Positions 10,555-21,374 of a stretch of DNA of 28,376 nt are shown piece by piece (within the stretch, counting starts at the first letter, position 1; every line of letters starts with the position of its first letter). This stretch comes from Octopus sinensis (taxonomy: Eukaryota). The position numbers and the translations under genes were made by a program. The notes beneath the pieces are model-generated. The model did no database searches, was not told the DNA's origin, and was given only the letters and a program-made list of their open reading frames with translations. Where the stretch lies: contig NW_021833567.1 of assembly GCF_006345805.1 (NCBI RefSeq), forward strand, positions 1 to 28,376, written 5' to 3'.

Positions 10555-10944
10555 GGGGATAAAGAAGCATTACATTAGGGAGAGTAATCTGAATGATTAA
10601 GGGTTAAGCCAGCAATATCCAGCCCAAATATTCTACATGTTCTATGCACAAACTGACAAGATCCGACCTTTCACACTTACTCTACAATGTCATTCTAAAA
10701 ATAAACAATCACATAGACATCTCAAAGCTAATGCATGATTAATTCAAAACAATGTGAATAGATAAGAATTACATTCGACAAAGTGATCTGAAAACTGAGG
10801 GATTAAGCCATCCGTATCTGACCCCTCACACCTATCCTACAATGTTATTCTAAAAATGGACAATCACATTATTGAAATCTCAAAGCTACGAGATAATGCA
10901 TGATTAATTCAAAACAATTTGAATAAATAAGTATTACACTTGAT
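10555..10944 (+). mobile_element. Degenerate tandem copies of a TTAA/piggyBac-type MITE (family 2)
   Basis: Units end AGGGTTAA (10607) and AGGGATTAA (10806); repeated CTACAATGTCATTCTAAAAAT..ATCTCAAAGCTA..ATGCATGATTAATTCAAAACAAT. Confidence 0.6.
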
Positions 10945-11058
10945 AGTATGTTGTCAACTTAATGTAACAGTCCCATGAAAGGGAAGAATGCTACCGTTAT
11001 TTAACCCTAGGAAACACCGTTTCCTGTTGGTGTTTCATACTCTTTTTGACAACATACT
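10945..11058. mobile_element. 114-bp foldback element, putative MITE
   Basis: Perfect 13-bp inverted repeat AGTATGTTGTCAA/TTGACAACATACT. Confidence 0.5.
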
Positions 11059-11396
11059 CTTTTACTCTCTTTTACTGGTTTCAATCATTTGACTGTGGCC
11101 ATGCTGGAGCATCACCTTTAGTTGAGCAAACTGACCCCAGGACTTATTCTTTGCAAGCCTAGTACTTATTCTATCAGTCTCTTTTGCTAAACCGCTAAGT
11201 TACGGAGACATAAACACACCAGCATCGGTCGTCAAGCGATGTTGAGGGGACAAACACAGACACACAGACATATACACACACATATACATATATACGATGG
11301 GCTTTTTTCAGTTTCCATCTACCAAAGCCACTCACAAGGCTTTGGTCGCTCCGACGCTATAGTAGAAGCTACTTACCACACAGCCACTCCTGCGCC
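11056..11396 (-). mobile_element. SINE family A with the B-box region deleted
   Basis: Junction AGTAGAAG|CTACTTACC near 11368 at an AAG microhomology. Confidence 0.9.
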
Positions 11397-11577
11397 TGTA
11401 TATTTATGTCGATAATATATTTGCAGAGTGAATGATTGAGTGCAAGTTATGATGGCTAGATATTTGTTAGATACAGGGGCTGTTGTTGTTGTTGTTGTTG
11501 GTGATGGTGGTGGCATTGTGTGGGAGTTTGACAGCAAAATGGCTGGTCAAATAAGGGGATCACTGTGGTAATGGGGT

Positions 11578-11927
11578 TTGATGATGATGAGAAAGAAGAT
11601 GATGGTGGTGGCCAGGATTGTGGTAGTGATGATGATGATGATGATGATGATGATTGTGATGATGATGATGATGATGATGATGATTGTGATGATGATTGTG
11701 ATGATCATGATGATGACGATGATGATGGTGATAATGATGATGGCCATGACGATGATGATGATGATGATGATGATGGTGGTGGTAATGATGATGACAATGA
11801 TGACGATGACCATTTTGCTGGCGTGGGTGATGAGGGTTAGAGGATGATGGTGATGATGATGGGTGATGACAGTAATGAAGATGGTGATGTCGATGATGGC
11901 AGTGACCATGATGATGATGATGATGAT
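11578..11927. repeat. (GAT)n microsatellite
   Basis: Direct reading. Confidence 0.95.
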
Positions 11928-11967
11928 TTACAGCTATTGATGACTTTCTGTTGTTATTTTCACTATA

Positions 11968-12151
11968 CTAGTAGTAGTAGTAATGGTAGTAGCAGTAGCA
12001 GCACTAGTAGTAGTAATAGTAGTATTAATAGTAGTCGCAGCAGTAGCAGCGGCATAGTAGTAGTAACAGTAGTAGTAGTAGTTGTAGTAGTAGCAGCAGT
12101 AGTAGTAGTAAAGTAGTAGTAGTAGTAGTAGTAGTTGTAGTAGTAGTAGTA

Positions 12152-12186
<35 letters not shown>

Positions 12187-12485
12187 AAGTAGTAGTAGTA
12201 GTAGTAGTAGTTGTAGTAGTAGTAGTAAAGTAGTAGTAGTAGTAGTAGTAAAGTAGTAGTAGTAGTAGTAGTAGTTGTAGTAGTAGTAGTAAAGTAGTAG
12301 TAGTAGTAGTAGTAGTTGTAGTAGTAGTAGTAAAGTAGTAGTAGTAGTAGTAGTAGTTGTAGTAGTAGTAGTAAAGTAGTAGTAGTAGTAGTAGTAGTTG
12401 TAGTAGTAGCAGCAGTAGTAGTAGTAAAGTAGTAGTAGTAGTAGTAGTAGTAATAACAGTAGTAGTAATAGTAGTAGTAGTAGCA
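11968..12485. repeat. (TAG)n microsatellite with a 41-bp higher-order period
   Basis: AAA interruptions at 12250, 12291, 12332 and 12373. Confidence 0.95.
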
Positions 12486-12694
12486 GCTGTAAGTGGAAGA
12501 GTAATTGCTGTTGTTGTTGTTGCTGATGTACTTATTACGGCAGCTAATAGTGTTTGCCTTGTTGTTGTTGTTGTCTTTGAATCTCTAATTACCGACCATT
12601 ATTAATTGGGCAGTGAAGCAAGTAAACGGTTTAATCAGTACAAAAAATTTGCCAGGTTGGCCTACACACGTCACCAGTGACTGAGTGTGTGTGT

Positions 12695-13015
12695 GTGTGC
12701 GGACGAGGCTGTACCTATGTGTATATGTATATTTGTATGCGTGTGTGTGTGTGTGTGTGTGAGTGCGAGTGTGTGTTTGTGGAGCAAGCTGTATATATGT
12801 GTATACTCTTTTACTCTTTTACTTGTTTCAGTCATTTGACTGCGGCCATGCTGGAGCACCGCCTTTAATCGAGCAACTCGACCCCGGGACTTATTCTTTT
12901 GTAAGCCCAGTACTTATTCTATTGGTCTCTTTTGCCAAACCGCTAAGTAACGGGGACGTAAACACACCAGCATCGGTTGTCAAGCAATGCTAGAGGGACA
13001 AACACAGACACACAA

Positions 13016-13048
<33 letters not shown>

Positions 13049-13580
13049 CATATATACGACGGGCTTCTTTCAGTTTCCGTCTACCAAATCCACTCACAAG
13101 GCATTGGTCGGCCCGAGGCTATAGTAGAAGACACTTGCCCAAGGTGCCATGCAGTGGGACTGAACCTGGAACCATGTGGTTGGTAAACAAGCTACTTACC
13201 ACACAGCCACTCCTGCGCCTATGTGTATGTGTATATTTGTATGCATGTGTGTGTGTCTGTGTGTGTGAGTGCAAGTGTGTGTTTTTGGAGGAAGCTGTAT
13301 ATATGTGTATTTATATGTGTGTGTATGTGTGCAGATGAAACTGTACCTATGTGTATATGCATATTTGTATGTGTGTGTGTGTGGGTCTGTGTGTGTGTAT
13401 GTGTGCAGAGGATGCTGTACATATGTGTATATGTATATTTGTATGTGTATGTGAGTGTGAGTGTGTGTCTGTGGAGGAGGCTGTTCATGTGTGTATATGT
13501 GTATTTGTATGTATGTGTGTGTATGTATGTGTTTGTGAGGAGGCTGTTCATATGAGTATATGTGTATTTGTATGTGTGGG
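12695..13580 (+). repeat. Cryptic minisatellite: GAGGAGGCTGT-like anchor plus TG/TA spacer, interrupted by a SINE
   Basis: About seven anchors near 12700, 12781, 13287, 13332, 13406, 13473 and 13537. Confidence 0.7.
12805..13219 (-). mobile_element. SINE family A, full length
   Basis: Head to tail intact; TATGTGTAT possible TSD. Confidence 0.93.
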
Positions 13581-13639
13581 CGTGTCTGGCTATGTCTGTG
13601 TATTATGTATTGTTATGTATTATGCATTCATGTATGTGT

Positions 13640-13720
13640 TCATATATGTGTGTGTATGTTTATGTATATATATGTATATATAATGTACACACATACATAA
13701 TATATATAAGCATACACGAA

Positions 13721-13762
<42 letters not shown>

Positions 13763-14067
13763 AGGCATATATACTTGGGAAGGTCGGGTGAATACCTAAA
13801 TGTAAAAATTATGGATTTATACTGAAACAGAATCCAAGAATTACAGAAGCATTTACCAGAAGGGTTAACAGACCCCCCCACACACACACACATATGCACA
13901 TGCACACACAGACATAGACATGTGCACACACACACACACACACATATATATATAAATAAATTTATATACTCATATGTAAATATACGTATATGAATATGTA
14001 TATACGCAAATACATACATTTATATATATATTACATATATATATGTATATATATATGATATATATAT

Positions 14068-14103
<36 letters not shown>

Positions 14104-14694
14104 CATTTATATATATGTATATGTATATGTATATATATGTGTGTGTGTGTGTGTGCCTGTATACATTACATATATGCATGTGTGTGAATATATATCTATG
14201 TATATGTACTTATATATATACACAAATATATATATACACACATATATATATATATCATATATTGTGGTTTGCATATATGTTACATACATACTTACATATA
14301 TATATGTATATATATATATATATATCTATATATATATATATATATTTATACATACATACATATATATATATACATATATATATACACACACACACACACA
14401 TATGGGTTTTCAACACGTACACTTGAGCATGTGTGCGTGTATATTAGTATCTTTGTGGGTGCGTATTTATTTGCGAGTGTGTATATATTTGTGTGTGTGT
14501 GTGTGTTTCTAAACCCCCGCTGGACACAGCGTTTCATAATCAACCGCTTGTCCAGTCATGTTCTGTTGTTTTTCCCCTGAACTGGACAATTACGATGTAA
14601 CCAGAGAGATTCAGCTGTTTACAGGTGTGTGTGTGTGTGTTCATGCGCCTGCTTCTGTGTGTGTGTGTATGTATTGTGCATATATGTATGTTTG

Positions 14695-14780
<86 letters not shown>

Positions 14781-14808
14781 ATATATATATATGTATATAT
14801 ATATGATG

Positions 14809-14839
<31 letters not shown>

Positions 14840-15106
14840 GTATATATATATATGTATATATATATATATGTATATATATATGTATATGTATATATATATG
14901 TTAATGTATATATATATGTATATGTATATATATGTATATGTATATATAATGTATATGTATATATATATGTATATATATATATGTATATGTATATATATAT
15001 ATGTATATGTATGTATTATATATGTAATATATAATATGTATATGTATATATATATATGTATATGTATATATATATGTATATGTATATATATATGTATATG
15101 TATATA

Positions 15107-15159
<53 letters not shown>

Positions 15160-15360
15160 ATATATGTATATGTATATGTATATGTATATATATATGTATA
15201 TGTATATGTATATGTATATATATATGTATATGTTAATATATATGTATATGTATATTGTTATATATATATATGTTATATATGTATTATATATATATGTAAT
15301 ATATATATATATATAATATATATATTATATGTAATATATATATATAATGTATATATATAT
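13640..15360. repeat. (TA)n/(CA)n/(TATATG)n microsatellite field with two unique islands (13760-13880, 14510-14625)
   Basis: Direct reading. Confidence 0.95.
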
Positions 15361-15363
15361 CAT

Positions 15364-15600
15364 TCATCATCATCATTTAGCGTCCGTTTTCCATGCTAGC
15401 ATGGGTTGGACGGTTCAACTGGGTCTGTGAGCCAGAAGGCTTCATCAGGCCCAGTCAGATCTGGCAGTGTTTCTACGGCTGGATGCCCTTCCTAACGCCA
15501 ACCACTCCGTGAGTGTAGTGGGTGCTTTTTACGTGCCACCCGCACTGGTGCCAGACAGAGCTGGCAAATGGCCACGAACGGATGGTGCTTTTTATGTGCC
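15364..15600 (-). mobile_element. RTE-type 3' end with (GAT)n tail
   Basis: GGCTGGATGCCCTTCCTAACGCCAACC; homology to 1981-2226. Confidence 0.85.
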
Positions 15601-15604
15601 GATA

Positions 15605-15754
15605 TTATATATATATGTATATATATATATATGTATATATTATATATATGTATATATATATGTATATATTATATATATATGTATATGCTTGTATATAAAT
15701 ATAACACACCCTCATATATATATATTTATGTATATGTGTGTGTATATATATATG

Positions 15755-15793
<39 letters not shown>

Positions 15794-16150
15794 TATACAT
15801 ATGATATATAAATATATGCATGTATATAAATGTATGTATATGAATACATATATATTCATTAACACATATATAATCCATACACATGCACGATCATATATAT
15901 AATAGCGATATTATACATTATAATTAACAATACCATATGAATTGTTTGCAAAACATGTCAATAACACCCATGTGGATGTGTGTATGTATGCCTGTGTATG
16001 TATATATATATATATATACACACACACACATGCTGTATATGTATGTATGTTTGTATATATATATATGTATAAATATATACATATACGTATACACAGACAT
16101 GTACATATGATGTATGTATGTGTGTGTATATATATATATATATATACTTA
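15605..16150. repeat. (TA)n/(TATG)n microsatellite
   Basis: Direct reading. Confidence 0.95.
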
Positions 16151-16174
16151 TATGGAGTTAAGTCTGTCCGATCA

Positions 16175-16240
16175 TAAACTGACCAATGGTTTCACATTCA
16201 TAAAAGACTAAGCCGCATGGATAGCTCGTCAGACTCTAAT
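16175..16240 (-). ncRNA. Candidate type-I hammerhead ribozyme
   Basis: Minus strand TAGAGT-CUGACGA-(stem II)-GAAA-CCAUUGG-UC-AGUUUA; intact core and GUC triplet, imperfect stems I and II. Confidence 0.55.
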
Positions 16241-16279
16241 TGACGATGCATATATATACGTATATATATATATATAATA

Positions 16280-16692
16280 GGCGCAGGAGTGGCTGTGTGG
16301 TAAGTAGCTTGCTAACCAACCACATGGTTCCGGGTTCAGTCCCACTGCGTGGCTTCTTGGGCAAGTGTCTTCTGCTATAGCCCCGGGCCGACCAATGCCT
16401 TGTGAGTAGATTTGGTAGACGGAAACTGAAAGAAGCCTGCCGTATATATGTATATATATATATGTATGTGCGTATATATGTTTGTGTGTCTGTGTTTGTC
16501 CCCCTAGCATTGCTTGACAACGATGCTGGTGTGTTTACGTCCCCGTCACTTAGCGGTTCGGCAAAAGAGACCGATAGAATAAGTACTAGGCTTACAAAGA
16601 ATAAGTCCCGGGGTCGATTTGCTTGACTAAAGGCGGTGCTCCAGCATGGCCGCAGTCAAATGACTGAAACAAGTAAAAGAGTAAAAGAGTAA
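16280..16692 (+). mobile_element. SINE family A, full length
   Basis: GGCGCAGGAGTGGCTGTGTGG head, GGGTTCAGTCCC B-box, (GTAAAAGA)n tail. Confidence 0.95.
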
Positions 16693-16829
16693 TATAGATA
16701 TATATATAGAGATATAGTTATATGCATGTATACATACATATATGTACATATCTACATATATATGTATATATACATGCATATATGGGTACAGGACATAAAA
16801 AAAAATTAAACACAATATATATATATATA

Positions 16830-17221
16830 GTAGCAGTATCGCATGGTGTTGCTCGGGTTTGTTTCAGCCCTTTATAATTGGAATTTTTGAAAAGTAAAAA
16901 TTTTGCATTATGTAGCTTGTAATTCTCTTTAAGTGAACATTTTTCCTGTTGAAATACACCGAAAAATGGTGACACAGCAGTCAAAAATCGTAAAAAATAG
17001 GGATTTTTATAGAAAAAAAAGCACCTTTGTGATGTAAATAATTTTTGGTGTTAACATGGTCTGATTTGAATTTTATCTATTACGGAATAAAGAGCAAGCC
17101 TTCTTCTATCATACTCTCAATTTTGGTCAACTTGCGACGCAGGGTCTCGGAGGAGATAGTGTTAGTTGAAGGCTACCAAACCTGCCGCACACAGACAACT
17201 TCAGCTTTATATTTAGAGAGA
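16830..17221 (-). mobile_element. Non-autonomous Helitron sharing termini with family A
   Basis: Minus 5' A|TCTCTCTAAATATAAAGCTGAAGTTGT; 3' CCCGAGCAACACCATGCGATACTGCTACT. Confidence 0.75.
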
Positions 17222-17426
17222 TATAATTTTACCTTCTGTGTTTTTATGTATATGTATTTTTTTATGAGTTTAAGAACCATGGTGATATTTATATGCGATT
17301 AAATGTTTGAGGTATGGCGTTATATATAAAGTCATTGACTCAAATTTAATGTTTTTTCTATAACCAATGTTTCAACGCCAGCTTAATTTAATTCCTCCTT
17401 AGTCGAAAGACACCTGTTGTCATGTC

Positions 17427-17840
17427 CTCTTTTTACTCTCTTTTACTCTTTTACTTGTTTCAGTCATTTGACTGCGGCCATGCTGGAGCACCACCTTTAG
17501 TCGAGCAAATCGACCCCGGGACTTATTCTTTGTAAGCCCAGTACTTATTCTATCGGTCTCTTTTGCCGAACCGCTAAGTGACGGGGACGTAAACACACCA
17601 GCATCGGTTGTCAAGCAATGCTGGGGGGACAAACACACAAACATATACACACACACTTATATATATATACATATATACGACAGGCTTCTTTCAGTTTCCG
17701 TCTACCAAATCCACTCACAAGGCATTGGTCGGCCCGGGGCTATAGCAGAAGACACTTGCCCAAGATGCCACGCAGTGGGACTGAACCCAGAACCATGTGG
17801 TTGGTTAGCAAGCTACTTACCACACAGCCACTCCTGCGCC
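17427..17840 (-). mobile_element. SINE family A, full length
   Basis: Near-identical to 16280-16692 in reverse orientation. Confidence 0.95.
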
Positions 17841-17849
17841 TATATATAT

Positions 17850-17958
17850 AGATTTGTTACGCACTACTTTCCATCCTTAATAATGAAACTTGGTAGATCC
17901 AAAAGTTAAACACACAGACACACACACAGACACACAAGTTGAGTTTTATATATATAGA
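17850..17958 (-). mobile_element. Helitron-like 5' fragment
   Basis: Minus A|TCTATATATATAAAACTCAACTTGTGTGTCTGTG. Confidence 0.55.
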
Positions 17959-18085
17959 TTTCTCAACGGGGATTTCAGGGGAGAGTTTCAGGGAGTCGCT
18001 GGCGATGTATCGGGATGATCAAACATCCGGCCTGCTAAAATTTGGTTAAAGTGATTCAAACTGCAAACTCAACGCAAAATGGTCA

Positions 18086-18464
18086 CTACCAACCACATGG
18101 TTCCTGGTTCAGTCCCACTGCGTGGCACCTTGGGCAAGTGTCTCCTACTATAGCCTCGGGCCGACCAAAGCCTTCTGAGTGGATTTGGTAGACGGAAACT
18201 GAAAGAAGCCCGTCGTATCAAATCATCATCATCATCAATCATCATCATCGTGTTTGTGTGTCTGTGTTTGTCCCCCCCAACATCGCTTGACAACCGATGC
18301 TGGTGTGTTTATGTCCCCGTTACTTAGCGGTTCGGCAAAAGAGACCGATAGAATAAGTAATGGGCTTACATAAGAATAAGTCCTGGAGTCGAGTTGCTCA
18401 ATTAAAGGCGGTGCTCCAGCATGGCTGCAGTCAAATGACTGAAACAAGTAAAAGAGTAAAGAGT
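18086..18464 (+). mobile_element. SINE family A, 5'-truncated, with a (CAT)n central tract
   Basis: Homology to other family A copies. Confidence 0.9.
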
Positions 18465-18479
18465 ATTTAATTCAAAGCG

Positions 18480-18910
18480 TTAAAAATGTTATGAAAACAA
18501 TTGGTATGTGTTCACAAAGTCCAAACGATTAATACGAAAAAACCCTCCAGGCTACATCCCGAAAATTCATTTCTTTGCCGAATTTCTACAATGTTTACGG
18601 TGATTTGTTTTTATATCTTGATTTTTTATTTTTCATGCAATTTACGCATGCTTGCACGCATGGTGAACACAGTTCATGTCAAACAGCTGACTGAGTAAAG
18701 TTCACTATTGAATGCATGGGATAAGGCCTAAACAAACACATTATCGATTTTTGCCCTTGCGAGATGAATTTCGGAACAGAAATAGCGCAGTTTTCATTCG
18801 CCTAAACTTTAAGTGACCCATTTTAGGTGGTTCTACGATTTGTTGGCTAGGAGGAGATGTGCTGGGAAGTTAAACACACAGACACAGACACACACACACA
18901 CAAGGTTAGT

Positions 18911-18920
<10 letters not shown>
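18480..18920 (-). mobile_element. Probable Helitron-like fragment
   Basis: Shares GTTAAACACACAGACAC next to (TA)n with 17850-17958; left boundary uncertain. Confidence 0.4.
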
Positions 18921-18950
<30 letters not shown>

Positions 18951-18955
<5 letters not shown>

Positions 18956-19210
18956 TAAATAAAAATAAAAAATATGCATATATATAAACATATATGTACA
19001 TACCTACCTCTACGTGTACATATACACGCATATATGAGTACAGGACACCAAAAGACGTCAAACACAATGAGAAACGAAAACATAGACACAAACCAAAGGA
19101 ACTGGACATTTTTTTAAACAAACAAAAAAATAGAGTACAGGACAATTAATAACACAAAGAAAAGACCCCTTCTCAGTCGCTATGGTTTCATCTACTCTAC
19201 GTTTCGAAGG
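18951..19210 (-). mobile_element. Penelope-like terminal-repeat fragment
   Basis: Homologous to 25014-25275; ends at TTCGAAACGTA (minus), inside the hammerhead-like motif; flanked by (TA)n. Confidence 0.6.
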
Positions 19211-19244
<34 letters not shown>

Positions 19245-19629
19245 ATATATATATAAGAGAGCGAGAGAGAGAGAGAGAGAGAGATATGTATGCACACACA
19301 TATATATGTATGTATGTGTCTGTATATATATGTGTGTGTGTACACACACACATGCATACATTTATCTTTTTTATCTTTATAAAAGCTGGACTGATTCCAC
19401 CAGTAAAGTCTACATGTTATTCTATGTCTCCTCAGCAGATAGAATTACAAGTGAGGAAATTCTTCGTGTGAAGACTATCCCAGTCTCTGCAAGACATCAT
19501 GTTTCTGTGGAGGTTTTGTCAGGAAGGTCACATTTTATTTAACATCAGCCACAACTGTGATGATGTGGAGAACAGAGGAAGGAAAACGGTAAAAGGGATT
19601 GCCTGAGAATCTTTGGTGCAGGATATTCT

Positions 19630-20343
19630 GTGATGACTGGTACTATCTCAGTAACAATGATGAGGGTTCCTTTTGATCTGATCAACAGCCTGCTTGTGAA
19701 ATTAATATGCAAGTGGCTGAGCGCTCCACAGACACGTGTACTCTTAATGTGGTTCTCAAAGAGATTCAGTGTGACACAAGATGTGACAAGGCTGGTCCCT
19801 TTGAAATAAGTCGGCGAGATGGCAGAAATGTTAGCACACCAAGCAAAATGATTAGCGGTATTTCATCTGCCATTACATTCTGAGTTCAAATTCCACCGAG
19901 GTCGACTTTGCCTTTCATCCTTTTGGGGTTGATTAAATAAGTACTAGTTACGCACTGGGGTCGATATAATCGACTTAATCCGTTTGTCTGTCCTTGTTCA
20001 TCGCCTCTGTGTTTAGCCCTTTGTGGGTAGTAAAGAAATAGATTACGTACTGAGTTCAAATTCTGCCGAGGTCGACTTTGCCTTTCATCCTTTTGGGGTC
20101 AATTAAGTAAGTACCAATGATGCACTGGGGTCGAGGTAATCGATTTAATCCTGTCGTCTGTCCTTGTTTGTTCCCTCTATGTTTAGTCCCCTGTGGACAA
20201 TAAAGACATAAAAATATGGCACAACTCTTTTTTTCAGCTGAGTGGACTAGAGCAATGTGATATTAAGTGTCTTGCTCAAGGATATAGTGCATCACTGGGA
20301 ATTGAACTCACGGCCTCATAATTGTGAGAAAAATACCCCTAAG
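19630..20343 (-). mobile_element. tRNA/CORE-like SINE (family E) interrupted by a family B dimer
   Basis: Minus B-box GAGTTCAATTCCC and CCTTGAGCAAGACACTT; continuation left of 19810 based on recalled consensus. Confidence 0.65.
19813..20210 (+). mobile_element. Family B SINE with duplicated body (dimer)
   Basis: TGAGTTCAAATTC at 19881 and 20051 (170-bp period). Confidence 0.88.
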
Positions 20344-20641
20344 AGATTCTTTTGCTGATGTCCTTTACTAGGTTAGAAAAACTAACAAAGAAAGAATTCT
20401 TTATTACAATCAAAGCCCATATGCCAAACTTTGCCTCTAACCCGCATGAGGTCCCATTATGGGAGCGATAGACATTGACATTTTGTCACCTTTGTAACTT
20501 GTCAATCCTGCATATCCAAAACAAGGCAAACCAGCAGATGATTCTTACACCATTTTGCATAGTATCATAGAAGGTGATCTAGCTTGCATCTGGCCTCATT
20601 TTTGGTATGTGGTATTGACTAGTCACAAAGTTGACGAAACA

Positions 20642-21374
20642 TTAACCCTTTCGTTACCAACCCACCTGAAACCGCCTCTGGCTATGAGTACAAATGTCTT
20701 GTTTTCAATAAGTTTTGAATTAAAATCTTCCACTGAACCTTAGTCACAATTTATGTTCCTAACACTAGTTGAATGATAACCAAGTTATTTTACTAATTTC
20801 TTTGTTATATTCAAAATTAATTGAAAGAAACACAGAACATCTCAACAGAAATATGGTAACAAAAGGGTTCAAGTCACCATGATATTTTAAACCCTTTTGA
20901 TACCAACCTAGCTGAAGCCAGCTCTGGTTCTGTAGTACAAATGTCTTGTTTTCAATAAGTTTTGAATTAAAACCTTCCACCGAACCTTAGTCACAATTTA
21001 TGTTCCTAACACTAGTTGAATGATAACCAAGTTATTTTACTAATTTCTTTGTTATATTCAAAATTAATTGAAAGAAACACAGAACATCTCAACAGAAATA
21101 TGGTAACAAAAGGGTTAAAGTCACCATGATATTTTAAACCCTTTTGATACCAACCTAGCTGAAGCCAGCCCTGGTTCTGTAGTACAAATGTCTTGTTTTC
21201 ATAAGTTTTGAATTAAAATCTTCCCCTAAATCTTAGTCACAATTTATGTTCCTAACACTAGCTTAATGATAACTAAGTTATTTTACTAAATTCTTTGTTA
21301 TATTTTAAAATATTCAAAATGAATTGAAAGAAATACAGAGTATCTCAACAGAAATATGGTAACAAAAGGGTTAA
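20642..21374. mobile_element. Three tandem piggyBac-type MITEs (20646-20867, 20892-21114, 21139-21370)
   Basis: TTAA-CCCTTT..GTTACC / GGTAAC-AAAAGGG-TTAA termini; identical 15-bp linker AGTCACCATGATATT. Confidence 0.85.

Noticed and set aside
14548-14600. SECIS or pre-miRNA hairpin
   Set aside because: Stem only 9-11 bp; AUGA-AA-GA spacing does not fit a SECIS
15395-15450. CUGAUGA on the minus strand of an RTE tail
   Set aside because: Not followed by GAAA; absent from other copies
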